From Prochlorococcus marinus subsp. pastoris str. CCMP1986 (GTDB lineage: Bacteria; Cyanobacteriota; Cyanobacteriia; PCC-6307; Cyanobiaceae), in contig NC_005072.1 in NCBI RefSeq assembly GCF_000011465.1, forward strand, positions 930,001 to 962,000: a stretch of DNA of 32,000 nt. Reading direction: 5' to 3'. The position numbers and the translations under genes were made by a program. Below are positions 8,648-17,820 of this stretch, piece by piece. Position 1 is the stretch's first letter. Each line of letters begins with the position of its first letter. Below the pieces are notes generated by a model. It worked only from the letters and a program-made list of their open reading frames with translations, searched no databases and was not told the DNA's origin.

Positions 8648-9011
8648 AGATTTCTAAAAAATATGAATTAAAGTAATCTATGCCTTCTTTACCGATCAAT
8701 CCAAAAGACCAACCGCAATCGTTTATAACTTTTATAGAAATTTGATTAGCCAAATCTTCTTTTTCAATCCATTTTTTTTGAGGATTATATGAAAATGAAA
8801 CAATATTTTCTGTTTTAACTATAGCGGATGTCATGGCTTCATCCTTGGACAATCCATTTTGTATTGCATTACAAAACTTCTTTGAAAAATTTTTTGATAT
8901 CCTACTCTGAAGAAGACTTACTGTAGGGTCAGAAGTATGAGATGCAAATGTACTTAAAGGAGATAAGAAAACAATCGCGAAAAATATAAAGCTAATTAAA
9001 AGTCTAGACAA
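8610..9011 (-). CDS. Secreted/periplasmic hypothetical protein, 133 aa; apparent paralogue of 28348-28740
   Basis: N-terminal signal-peptide-like sequence MSRLLISFIFFAIVFLSPLSTFASH; shares an FxKxFC-A---GL pattern and C-terminal N/DNCG-like motif with the 28348-28740 product. Confidence 0.7.
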   Translation of the reverse strand: MSRLLISFIFFAIVFLSPLSTFASHTSDPTVSLLQSRISKNFSKKFCNAIQNGLSKDEAMTSAIVKTENIVSFSYNPQKKWIEKEDLANQISIKVINDCGWSFGLIGKEGIDYFNSYFLEIYDKTTPDKKLSS

Positions 9012-9187
9012 TTCGCTTTTTCTATTACTATAAATAGTATAAATAATAATATTTAAATATTTACAAACTTAAATAGTAAATAAATTTCTTTGAAATAGTT
9101 TTAATTTAGATTTCAATTTATTAAATAAAAACAATTATCGATGGAACTTAGTAATAGTATTTATTAAGTAAATTTTGTTTTTATTAT

Positions 9188-9409
9188 ATGGACCGTTTAT
9201 TATTGACACTTCTTTTCTTTCCCGATTGGACAAACGGATTACCTTCTGATTTTTTAATACTCCATTTTTTTGTTGGAGCGGCGATTTTTCCATTTAATAT
9301 GATACACGCTAGAGCAAGAAAATTTGATGCTAAAAATCCTGAGGAGGCAGCTATAGGATATAAAAATTCAAATAATACAGTTTACTATGGTTATGAAGAA
9401 GTCAACTAG
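9188..9409 (+). CDS. Hypothetical small membrane protein, 73 aa
   Basis: MDRLLLTLLFFPDWTNGLPSDFLILHFFVGAAIFPFNMIHARARKFDAKNPEEAAIGYKN; plausible coding composition. Confidence 0.65.
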   Translation: MDRLLLTLLFFPDWTNGLPSDFLILHFFVGAAIFPFNMIHARARKFDAKNPEEAAIGYKNSNNTVYYGYEEVN

Positions 9410-9443
9410 ATGCAAGTAAAAGTAGTTAATTAATTACACTTTA

Positions 9444-9668
9444 ATGAAAATATTTTTAAAATCAGGGATAGATCTCAAAATCTTTAGCCCTACCGAACCT
9501 ATCGGGATTATTATCTTATTTATAGGATTGATTTTCAGTGGAATGATTTTTTATATTATTTACGCTGTTAGCACTAATAAAGAATCATTAGAAGATACAA
9601 AAATAAGAACTGAAAGAGAACTTATTCAACAAGAGAAGATTGGAAAATTGTTTCCTAAGAAAAAATAG
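9444..9668 (+). CDS. Hypothetical single-TM protein, 74 aa
   Basis: IGIIILFIGLIFSGMIFYIIYAVSTNKESLEDTKIRTERELIQQEKIGKLFPKKK. Confidence 0.65.
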   Translation: MKIFLKSGIDLKIFSPTEPIGIIILFIGLIFSGMIFYIIYAVSTNKESLEDTKIRTERELIQQEKIGKLFPKKK

Positions 9669-9891
9669 TCCTTAGAGTTTTATTTTTAAGTAACTTTAAG
9701 TTTATATACATTACTAATTGATCAAGTGGGTCATTAAACATTAGTCTTAACTCTTTCTTGCTAAACATCGTAAAACCTAATAATATCTATACTTTTTCAA
9801 AATCGCGAGAATAAATTTAACATGATTTAGTGGTAAAGCTATTTTATTTTTTGTTCTTTAATGTTAAAACTGAATAGAGAGATTATTATTT

Positions 9892-10395
9892 TTGGAAACT
9901 AGATATTTATTTCTGTTTTTAGCTAGTGGAATAGTAAATGATGAAGGTTTTTGGCTGATTGGAGTCAAAAATAGTGACTTAAAAATACTTGATGATGAAA
10001 CTCTTTTGGAATGTCATAGAAAAGAACTAATAGGACATGAATCAGCTAAAGATATTCTTAATGCAATAAACTTGAATTTAGATAATTTAATGAATGATTT
10101 AAAAAATAATGATTTCTCATTAGATCAACCTCCAAAAGGGATTTCATTTAATATTCCATTAAACTTTTTAGAAAGTATATTTGATTTCTGGTTAGAAAAA
10201 TATAAGGATAAGCAATTATGGGAAATCTGTCTTGGTCTTCTGAAAATCAGAAGAAGAGTATCATTATCAAATTTAATTAAGAGTGAGAGCATAACAGGAG
10301 ATTCAAAAAAATTTGCGATGGAAATCGAAAATCTACATAAATATCAGCCTAATATGATAAAAAATAAAGGTTCAAATGAGCCAATGTGGAAATAA
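9892..10395 (+). CDS. Hypothetical protein, 167 aa
   Basis: Long ORF with normal composition; no recognised domain. Confidence 0.65.
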   Translation: METRYLFLFLASGIVNDEGFWLIGVKNSDLKILDDETLLECHRKELIGHESAKDILNAINLNLDNLMNDLKNNDFSLDQPPKGISFNIPLNFLESIFDFWLEKYKDKQLWEICLGLLKIRRRVSLSNLIKSESITGDSKKFAMEIENLHKYQPNMIKNKGSNEPMWK

Positions 10396-10470
10396 TTTCA
10401 TATTTTTGAAATAAAAATGTTTACTTATTTAATATTCAAGTAAAAATAAAATATATTTATAAATAAAAAT

Positions 10471-10656
10471 ATGAATAAACCATATTCATTTAATGAAGAG
10501 CAAATGAATGGAATAGTTGAAGAAATATATACAAATATAGTAAAAGAATGCGAAAAATTAAAAAAAGAGACCAATTGTCCTAACGAACAAGTAGTAGCCT
10601 TATTAAGTGTAATTGCCTCAAACTTTGCTCCAATAATTGAACATAAAAAAAATTAG
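10471..10656 (+). CDS. Hypothetical protein, 61 aa
   Basis: MNKPYSFNEEQMNGIVEEIYTNIVKECEKLKKETNCPNEQVVALLSVIASNFAPIIEHKKN; located immediately upstream of the phosphoribosyltransferase. Confidence 0.55.
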   Translation: MNKPYSFNEEQMNGIVEEIYTNIVKECEKLKKETNCPNEQVVALLSVIASNFAPIIEHKKN

Positions 10657-10657
10657 A

Positions 10658-11053
10658 ATGACAAAGTATTTTACATGGGGCGAATTTGATAAGAGTGTTG
10701 ATTATATTGCTAATCAATGCAAAAAACTTAAATTATCAGGAATATATGGTGTTCCCAGAGGTGGCCTATGCCTTGCAGTAGCTTTGAGTCATAAATTAAA
10801 TGTTCAGTTAATTGAAAAGCCCTTAAAAAGTTCACTTATAGTTGATGATGTTTATGAAACTGGGATGACATTAAGTAATTTTAAAAATATTGAAGGTGTT
10901 AATATCTTTGTCTTAGTTAGTAAAAAGAAACCTATTTGGTGGAAGACCGTAAATTTATCTCTTAAAGAAGAATGGATAGTATTTCCATGGGAAAATAAAG
11001 AAAATGAGCTTAAAGATGAAAAAGAATACAAAAGTAAAAGGAGGCTAAAGTGA
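10658..11053 (+). CDS. Phosphoribosyltransferase-family protein
   Basis: GVPRGGLCLAVALSHKL and SSLIVDDVYETGMTL (PRPP-binding D-D-x-x-x-T/S-G-like motif); start moved from track position 10637 to the ATG at 10658, just after the upstream stop. Confidence 0.78.
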   Translation: MTKYFTWGEFDKSVDYIANQCKKLKLSGIYGVPRGGLCLAVALSHKLNVQLIEKPLKSSLIVDDVYETGMTLSNFKNIEGVNIFVLVSKKKPIWWKTVNLSLKEEWIVFPWENKENELKDEKEYKSKRRLK

Positions 11054-11514
11054 ATAAAAAGAAATTATATTTAGCTAATCCATATGGGTTTTCAAAACAA
11101 ACTAAAAATCTATTACCTGAATTCATTAAAATATTTCAAAATTTAAATGTCGAAGTTTATGAACCTTTTGAGAGAACAAAGCATTTAATTACAAACAAAA
11201 ATAATTGGGCTTATGACCTAGCAAAAGCAAATTTCAACGATTTAAAGTCATGTGATTGCATTTTTGCGATTGTTAACGGTAACCCTCCAGATGAGGGAGT
11301 AATGGTAGAACTAGGAATTTCTATTGCGCTTAATAAAGAAATATTTTTATTTAGGGACGATTTTAGAAACTGTTCAGATAGTGATCAATATCCTCTAAAT
11401 TTGATGTTATTTGTAGGCCTATCTAAGGAAAGTTGGTCAAAGAATTATTTTGAATCCATAGAGGATATACTTAACCCAAAGAAGAGTTTTCTTAATTGGG
11501 CAAAAAGAATATAA
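11050..11514 (+). CDS. Nucleoside 2-deoxyribosyltransferase-like protein
   Basis: LYLANPYGFSKQTKNLLPEFIKIFQNLNVEVYEPFER...CDCIFAIVNGNPPDEGVMVELGISIALNKEIFLFRDDFR: family-type GTPPDxGTxxELG motif; GTG start overlapping the upstream gene by 4 nt. Confidence 0.82.
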   Translation: MNKKKLYLANPYGFSKQTKNLLPEFIKIFQNLNVEVYEPFERTKHLITNKNNWAYDLAKANFNDLKSCDCIFAIVNGNPPDEGVMVELGISIALNKEIFLFRDDFRNCSDSDQYPLNLMLFVGLSKESWSKNYFESIEDILNPKKSFLNWAKRI

Positions 11515-11603
11515 GAATCTTCCAATTTATACTTAAAATATTGAGTTATAAAAATCATTAAAAGATGCGTTAAAATGATATAATTATTTTTATTTAGTAA
11601 ATT

Positions 11604-11780
11604 TTGACTCAAGTTACTGTCGGAGAAAATGAGGGAATAGAATCTGCCCTTAGAAGATTTAAAAGGCAAGTCTCAAAATCAGGGATATTTGCTGATTTAA
11701 AGAGATTAAGACATCATGAAACTCCTATTGAAAAATATAAGAGAAAATTACAACAAAGAAGAAAAGCAAGAAGAAGATAA
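11604..11780 (+). CDS. rpsU: 30S ribosomal protein S21 (TTG start)
   Basis: Hand translation [58 protein letters not shown]; a classic S21 sequence, absent from the supplied ORF track. Confidence 0.95.
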
Positions 11781-11918
11781 TTTATAAGATTACAATTAAT
11801 TTTAATTTTTTAAATATTGGAAATTTATAATTGAATAATAAGAAAAATTAGAAAACCATTTATTAACTTTTATACAATTCAATAGTCAATCTTTATAAAC
11901 ATTAATGTTAATATTTTT

Positions 11919-12251
11919 TTATTTAATATTCTTTAGTTTCTTAACAAGATTGATTCCAACTCCAGGAACAGCAAGAAGAACTTCATCTTTTGCAGAAGTA
12001 ATAGACTTTGGAGTTTTAAAACCAGCCTTATAAAAGGCCTCTGCACTCTTAGCTCCTACACCAGGAATAGCTTTAAAAGATTCTATTATTTTTTTCGAAT
12101 CATCTTTCTTTGTTTTAGATTTAGGGGCCTTAGAAGAATTTACAGACTTCTTCTTGGTTTTAGATACAGTCTTTTTAGGGAGAGTAATTTCTGTAGAGGT
12201 CTCGTTCTTAAATAGAATTGATTTTAACTTACTTAAAAATTTAGTAATCAT
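11919..12251 (-). CDS. Helix-hairpin-helix domain protein with a basic linker
   Basis: FKAIPGVGAKSAEAFYKAGFKTPKSITSAKDEVLLAVPGVGINLVKKLKNIK: two GVG hairpins; Lys-rich N-terminal half. Confidence 0.75.
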   Translation of the reverse strand: MITKFLSKLKSILFKNETSTEITLPKKTVSKTKKKSVNSSKAPKSKTKKDDSKKIIESFKAIPGVGAKSAEAFYKAGFKTPKSITSAKDEVLLAVPGVGINLVKKLKNIK

Positions 12252-12765
12252 TTATTAAAAAATTAGATAATTTACTAAATTCTACATTTCAATAAAAAAA
12301 AATTAATTATTTATTTATTTATTTCAAACAATCAATAATAATTTTAAAAAGAAATGATAGAAATTAATTTTTATTTACATCTATATTAAGTCATATTTTT
12401 ATTTATGATGCAAGTTAAAAATTAAATGCGGAACTATATATTTATTTTTAAAGTTCATATTTAATTTATTGATCTAATCCAAGAATGCAATAATAAATTT
12501 ATTTTTTACAGTTTAATAATTCAAATTAGATATTTAATTGAAAATTAGGTATTTTTATAATTTAAGTTAAAAAATCCTTTGAATTAATTTTACATATCCT
12601 TACTCTACTAAAAAAAAAAACCCGAAATTTAATTTCTAAGATAAAAACAAATTCAATCATATTATTAAGCTAAAACCAAACCAAAATTTAATAATAAATT
12701 GACTTATTAATTTTTTTTTACTTAACTATTATGAGATACATTTCTTCAATCTTATTCAACTGATT

Positions 12766-13377
12766 TTGAATATGCAATTAATAGTTATTAGTGGACCATC
12801 TGGAAGCGGAAAAACTACACTATCCAAAAGGATTTTAAAAAAAATTAAAAATGGAATAATATTAAATACAGATAATTACTACAGAACAGGTATATTAAGT
12901 CAATTATTATCACGAACATTAACTTCGTATTTTGACAGAAAAATAAGTTTCAACATTGGATTATTTAAAAGAGATCTAGAATTTATTGTAAAAAACGGAT
13001 TTTCTGATTTCTATTATATATATAATTTCAAAAGTAAATCTATAAAAAAAGTATATCAAAATACTAAAAATATAAGATTTCTTATTATAGAAGGAATATT
13101 TGGACAGGAAATATTAAAAACCCTTTCAAAAGAAAATTGCCTTTTAATTAAATTAAAAGCTAATAAACAAACTTGTTTGAATAGAGTAATTAAAAGAGAC
13201 TTTTTAGAAAGAGGGAAAAGTAAAGATCTTGCAACAAGAGACTTTATAAAAGCATGGGAATTATTTCATAAAAATAAAAAGAAATGTAATTCAAGAAATT
13301 ATTTCAACACAATTGTCATTAGGAAGAAAAGTGATATAGACCTTCTATTAAAAAAAATAATTAATATAGTGAACTAA
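12766..13377 (+). CDS. P-loop kinase, uridine kinase/PRK-like
   Basis: Walker A GPSGSGKTTLSKRI, ILNTDNYYRTG (uridine-kinase-like D-Y-Y), FLIIEGIFGQEI. Confidence 0.78.
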   Translation: MNMQLIVISGPSGSGKTTLSKRILKKIKNGIILNTDNYYRTGILSQLLSRTLTSYFDRKISFNIGLFKRDLEFIVKNGFSDFYYIYNFKSKSIKKVYQNTKNIRFLIIEGIFGQEILKTLSKENCLLIKLKANKQTCLNRVIKRDFLERGKSKDLATRDFIKAWELFHKNKKKCNSRNYFNTIVIRKKSDIDLLLKKIINIVN

Positions 13378-14524
13378 TCTTATAAGACAATTTTAAAGCA
13401 CTCAATATTGCACCTTCAATCCTACCAAACCCCTCTAAATCGAACCAATCACCACAAAAAGCTATATTAAATTTATCACAAACTTGCAAATTTTCAGGTA
13501 TTCCTAAACCAGATGGTTGAGATGCTCTCCATATCATTATAGAAATATCCTGATAATCTATTAGCTTATTTATATAAGAATTTTCATCGAATATTTGATT
13601 GAATTTATTTAATAAGATATTTTTAAATTTCTTTTTATTTTTGCATTGAAAATATTCAGTTATAAATTTTTTATCTCTAGTATGTATGACAATACCTATT
13701 TGATTATTAATTTGTTTTTGAAATATAATCCTTTCAAATTTAAATTTTTCTTCTAGAAGATTATTTAAAAGGAAATACCTAAATCTATTCTTATAGTTAT
13801 CTTTATAACTATAATTGGATTTTGTATAAATCAAAAAAGTTAATCTTTGAACATATTCTTGCTTATTAAGAAGATTTAAAATTGCATCAATTTTTTTATC
13901 ATTATTTATTGGAATAGCGTCCCTCAATGGTATTTGATTTATCTTCAAAATATCTAATGATCTTTTATGTAAAATTAAATTACTTGAACATACAAGAAAT
14001 TTCGCCTTAAATTTATAGCCATTTTTTGAGGTTAAAATCCAATAATTATTTTCATATTTTAATTTGACTATTAAAGTTCGAAAGAAAAAATCAACTTGAT
14101 TTTTCAAATTATTATGATTAATTATATTTCTTGATAAATCAGTCATAGAAGAGCTTGAAGTATAATTTTTGCAACTATGAAAATCGCAGCTTATTATTTT
14201 TTGATCACTAGGATCTTCATATAATTCAATTAAATCAGAAGGATCTGATTGGATAATTTTTGAATCTAATAATTCCTGAATGAAAGCTTTCAACAATTGA
14301 TTATTATTACTGTTGCAAATATTGAAATTAGGGGAACCATGATTGAGTTGCCACCCACTATTACTAATACTATTTCTTGTACTAGAACGTCCTCCAAGAT
14401 TTCTACCATTTTCTATTATCGCAATCCTACCTTGATAGCCATTTTTCAGATGAAAAGATGAAAAAACACATGAAGATATTCCCCCTCCAATAATCGCGAT
14501 ATCATAAAAAGTATCATTAATCAT
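13361..14524 (-). CDS. NAD(P)/FAD-dependent oxidoreductase (amine-oxidase/renalase-like)
   Basis: Rossmann FAD motif YDIAIIGGGISSCVFSSFHLKNGYQGRIAIIENGRNLGGR near the N-terminus and C-terminal FCGDWFDLEGFGRIEGAILSA; the internal ATG at 14524 avoids overlap with the upstream gene (track ORF extends to 14590). Confidence 0.82.
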   Translation of the reverse strand: MINDTFYDIAIIGGGISSCVFSSFHLKNGYQGRIAIIENGRNLGGRSSTRNSISNSGWQLNHGSPNFNICNSNNNQLLKAFIQELLDSKIIQSDPSDLIELYEDPSDQKIISCDFHSCKNYTSSSSMTDLSRNIINHNNLKNQVDFFFRTLIVKLKYENNYWILTSKNGYKFKAKFLVCSSNLILHKRSLDILKINQIPLRDAIPINNDKKIDAILNLLNKQEYVQRLTFLIYTKSNYSYKDNYKNRFRYFLLNNLLEEKFKFERIIFQKQINNQIGIVIHTRDKKFITEYFQCKNKKKFKNILLNKFNQIFDENSYINKLIDYQDISIMIWRASQPSGLGIPENLQVCDKFNIAFCGDWFDLEGFGRIEGAILSALKLSYKISSLY

Positions 14525-14529
14525 AATTA

Positions 14530-15357
14530 TTATGTTGTTTTTATTTTCATTAAAGAATAAAGATCTTGTAATTTTTTTATTGAAGAACATTCAGTTTCAA
14601 TAATTGGACAAATATTATTATCAAGATAGATTTCAATTAAATCTTTTGTAAATGTGTAAAAATCATCTTGAGAATAAAGATACTTATCTGAAATAAAAAC
14701 CCCTTTCCATGGACGAAACTTAAATCGGGAAATAAATTCCTTTGATGGAATTAATAAGCTTCCGAAAATTTTCACATTTTTATCTTTACTATCATATGAA
14801 TTATTCAGAAAAGAATCTTTTAAAAAATTAATTTCTTTTTCAAGTAATTTAATATCAGTTCCAAATTGAAGCCAGATTGATTTAATTAATCTAGAAGAAA
14901 ATTTCTTTTTTATTCTTTCTCTTTCTCCACAAATATTGTAATGATTTTTCAAGTAAGGGTTATAAGCAACTCCTATATTAATATTTAAATTTTTTTCATT
15001 TTTAAAATCTTTCAATACATCTAATACTTCAAAGTTTTTTTTCTTATTAGATCCTGAAACTAGTAAAATTTCCTTATTTTTATAAAACTGACATTTTTTA
15101 ATAAAATTTAAAAACTCTAAATATGAATATTCTCTATTCTTTGTATATTGATGATAAAGACTATAATGATATGTGACATCTAAATTTTTATAGTTTTCAC
15201 CAATATATTTTATAGTCTCATTTAGGAAATCTTTTTTAATTCCCCCTTTGCATGGGATATTGATTTTATTAATATTGTTGGATATGCAAAAATTAAGTTT
15301 ATTTTCTAATTGAAAACTATTTTTAAAAGATAATTCGAATCTTAAATCATTTAACAT
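14530..15357 (-). CDS. Methylenetetrahydrofolate reductase-like TIM-barrel protein
   Basis: KEILLVSGSNKKKNFEVLDVLKDFKNEKNLNINIGVAYNPY...LIKSIWLQFGTDIKLLEKEINFLKD...FGSLLIPS follows the order of MetF-family core blocks; divergent, by-eye assignment. Confidence 0.55.
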   Translation of the reverse strand: MLNDLRFELSFKNSFQLENKLNFCISNNINKINIPCKGGIKKDFLNETIKYIGENYKNLDVTYHYSLYHQYTKNREYSYLEFLNFIKKCQFYKNKEILLVSGSNKKKNFEVLDVLKDFKNEKNLNINIGVAYNPYLKNHYNICGERERIKKKFSSRLIKSIWLQFGTDIKLLEKEINFLKDSFLNNSYDSKDKNVKIFGSLLIPSKEFISRFKFRPWKGVFISDKYLYSQDDFYTFTKDLIEIYLDNNICPIIETECSSIKKLQDLYSLMKIKTT

Positions 15358-15498
15358 GTTCCAATTATAAAAAATTTATAAGTAAAAAGAGTTAACGAAA
15401 GCATGCTTCAAATACAACTCTTATTTTTAATTACTATTTATTCTATTACCTTTTAATATGTAATTTGGAGAAACAGCTAAAGCAGCCTTTAAAGAGAT

Positions 15499-15687
15499 TT
15501 ATTCTTTGGAAGATTTTTCAATCATATCTTTAAAGCATTTCCAATTGTTAGGTATAACTATCCCTGGCCAAGAGGTCCATAAACCTAAAACTAATCCTGA
15601 TAATAATAAAATTGAAGTTCTAATATGAAAAACAATATAAATATTATAAAAGTAATTATATTTTGTAGAAAATAAAGATTGGAACAA
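15499..15687 (-). CDS. Hypothetical small single-TM protein
   Basis: RTSILLLSGLVLGLWTSWPGIVIPNNWKCFKDMIEKSSKE; an internal start is possible. Confidence 0.5.
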   Translation of the reverse strand: MFQSLFSTKYNYFYNIYIVFHIRTSILLLSGLVLGLWTSWPGIVIPNNWKCFKDMIEKSSKE

Positions 15688-15803
15688 CTTACAAAAAATT
15701 ACCTTATATTTTTGTATTTTTATTAATACAATTATTCTTATTAAATGAAATATATGAAGAGGTCGAGGGGTTAGAATAATCTAAACAAGATTACAAAAAA
15801 AAT

Positions 15804-16208
15804 ATGGCAAGTCAGGATTATCTAATTGCAATTGCATTAATAGAACAAAATAATATCAGGGCCATGCCTTTAGGTGGGAAAGAGATTAAAGAAAAACTAG
15901 AAGAAGAAGGTAATTTAATTAAACTTGGGGAAGAAGTAATTCTAAATCTTCTTTTAAGAGTTTTCCAAAGAAGTGATGAAGGAGCCTTAAAAAGAGTATC
16001 CGAAGATAAAGGCCTACTATTAGTTCATATGCATCCAAAAAGAATGCAGAAAGAACTTCCATTTATAAAATCTGAATGGATAAGAGACGGTGATACAACA
16101 CAATTTTTAAAATATTTAGGTAATCTATCAAAAGAAATATGGACAGCTTCTTTAATCAAATATAAGGGTCTGGAATTAGTATCAATAGCAAAAAACGAAG
16201 ATATATAG
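15804..16208 (+). CDS. Conserved-looking hypothetical protein, 134 aa
   Basis: Well-formed ORF (MASQDYLIAIALIEQNNIRAMPLGGKEIKEKLEEEGNL...); no recognised domain. Confidence 0.75.
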   Translation: MASQDYLIAIALIEQNNIRAMPLGGKEIKEKLEEEGNLIKLGEEVILNLLLRVFQRSDEGALKRVSEDKGLLLVHMHPKRMQKELPFIKSEWIRDGDTTQFLKYLGNLSKEIWTASLIKYKGLELVSIAKNEDI

Positions 16209-16212
16209 CTTT

Positions 16213-16911
16213 TTATATACAATCATAATTTTTAAAATATTCTTTAATTAATTCATTATTTTCGCTAGATATTTTTATACACTTCTTTTTATTTCCAAAA
16301 TTAATTGATACATAATTAAAATCATTTTTAATATGCAAGGCACAATTGCCTTCTATACAAATACAAGAATCAATTCTTTGGTTTTTAATTATTTTTTTAA
16401 CGAAAGGTTCTCTTTCTTTTTCCTCATCATAATGAGGGCATGCTATCCCCTTTATTATTCCTAAAGTATTTATTAGCTCTAATTTATCAGAGAAAGAGTC
16501 CGTAATTCCTTGATCAAACCAGCATATCGCGCCAGCACTGACACCACTCATAATTATGCCTTTTTCATAAGCAATTTTCAGAATATTCTGCAGATCCCAT
16601 TCTTTCCAAACCGCCAACATACTTTTTGTATTTCCTCCTCCAACATAAATAATATCTTGGGATAGAATTTTTTTTTCCAAGTTTTCTGTTCTTGAAAAGA
16701 AATCAAGATGACTAGTTATACAATTTAATTTTGAAAAAGCTCTATAAAAATTTAATTTATATGAATCATTATCTCCTGATGCAGTAGGAATAAAACAGAT
16801 TTTTGGGCTTTCCTTTTTAACTAATGACGTAATATATTTCTCTATCTTAAGTTCACCTAAGGACCTTCCAAAACCTCCACCTCCAATTGCCACAATATTT
16901 TTATTTGACAT
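16213..16911 (-). CDS. Peptidase E / S51-family serine peptidase
   Basis: IIYVGGGNTKSMLAVWKEWDL and GVSAGAICWFDQGITDS nucleophile motif. Confidence 0.88.
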   Translation of the reverse strand: MSNKNIVAIGGGGFGRSLGELKIEKYITSLVKKESPKICFIPTASGDNDSYKLNFYRAFSKLNCITSHLDFFSRTENLEKKILSQDIIYVGGGNTKSMLAVWKEWDLQNILKIAYEKGIIMSGVSAGAICWFDQGITDSFSDKLELINTLGIIKGIACPHYDEEKEREPFVKKIIKNQRIDSCICIEGNCALHIKNDFNYVSINFGNKKKCIKISSENNELIKEYFKNYDCI

Positions 16912-16931
16912 TGCAATTTGAACTCAACACA

Positions 16932-17393
16932 ATGAATTTAAAACAAATTACCCAAAAAGATCAACTTGATTTAAAAAAAATATATTTTGATTCAATAATT
17001 TCTATCGATCAGAAAATTTATACTTCAGAACAAAAAAGAGCTTGGGCAAGTCAAGCCTGGGATAATAAATATTTTAATTTAACCTTAAAGGAAGGTAAAG
17101 GATGGCTTATTAATGAAAGAGAGAAGATAATTGCTTTTGCCTCAAGATATCCAAATAATAGAATTTCCCTTTTATATTGCAGAGGAGATTCACAAAGGAA
17201 AGGTTATGGGACAAAGTTACTCAAAAAAATAGAAAAGGAAGCCATAAAAGAGGGTTTACCTTGCTTAACAACAGAGGCAAGCTTAATTAGTTATAAATTA
17301 TTTCTAAAAAATAGCTGGAAAATAATTCGTAAAGAAAAAATAATTATCAAGAATATAACATTTGAAAGATATAAGATGATAAAAAATTTTTAA
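16932..17393 (+). CDS. GNAT-family N-acetyltransferase
   Basis: NRISLLYCRGDSQRKGYGTKLLKKIEKEAIKEG (acetyl-CoA-binding R/QxxGxG/A); the ATG at 16932 is a more plausible start than 16887. Confidence 0.83.
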   Translation: MNLKQITQKDQLDLKKIYFDSIISIDQKIYTSEQKRAWASQAWDNKYFNLTLKEGKGWLINEREKIIAFASRYPNNRISLLYCRGDSQRKGYGTKLLKKIEKEAIKEGLPCLTTEASLISYKLFLKNSWKIIRKEKIIIKNITFERYKMIKNF

Positions 17394-17409
17394 TTGCTTA
17401 AATAAAAAA

Positions 17410-17727
17410 ATGAGTAGCAGAAGCAAAAAATTATTATTATTGCAAAGATCCCTTATTTGGTTTTTATATTTATTCTCAGGTTACATACTCTATTCAAAAA
17501 AAGGATATTTATTTTCTATATTTATTACCTTCGCAAAGGTAATTTATCCATTATCAATTTTTTGGTTACAAATAAGGATAAAAAGGAGTGAAAAGTTCTT
17601 ACCAATAGATTCAGCCATGAAAACATCCCAATTATGGTTCAATCTATTGCCTGTTCTAGCATCCTTTATTACCGTAGTCTTAAGTATATTAAATACAATT
17701 TTTTATCTCATAGATAAGGTTATTTAG
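17410..17727 (+). CDS. Hypothetical membrane protein, 105 aa
   Basis: Three hydrophobic segments. Confidence 0.65.
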   Translation: MSSRSKKLLLLQRSLIWFLYLFSGYILYSKKGYLFSIFITFAKVIYPLSIFWLQIRIKRSEKFLPIDSAMKTSQLWFNLLPVLASFITVVLSILNTIFYLIDKVI

Positions 17728-17820
17728 ATATTAAGGCTAAAAAGACAAAACATTATGTAAATAAAATTGCTATTTCAGATAAATTGCTTAAATTTTAAAT
17801 AGTAGTAAATTATTTTTTTC

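Noticed and set aside
11445-11669. 74-aa minus-strand ORF spanning the end of the deoxyribosyltransferase-like gene and rpsU
   Set aside because: It overlaps the rpsU coding region, which is certain from sequence.
12252-12765. 514-bp AT-rich intergenic stretch considered as a mobile-element remnant or origin-like region
   Set aside because: I found no inverted repeats, direct repeats, ORF remnants or DnaA-box cluster by eye. It is noted only as context for the neighbouring cassette.
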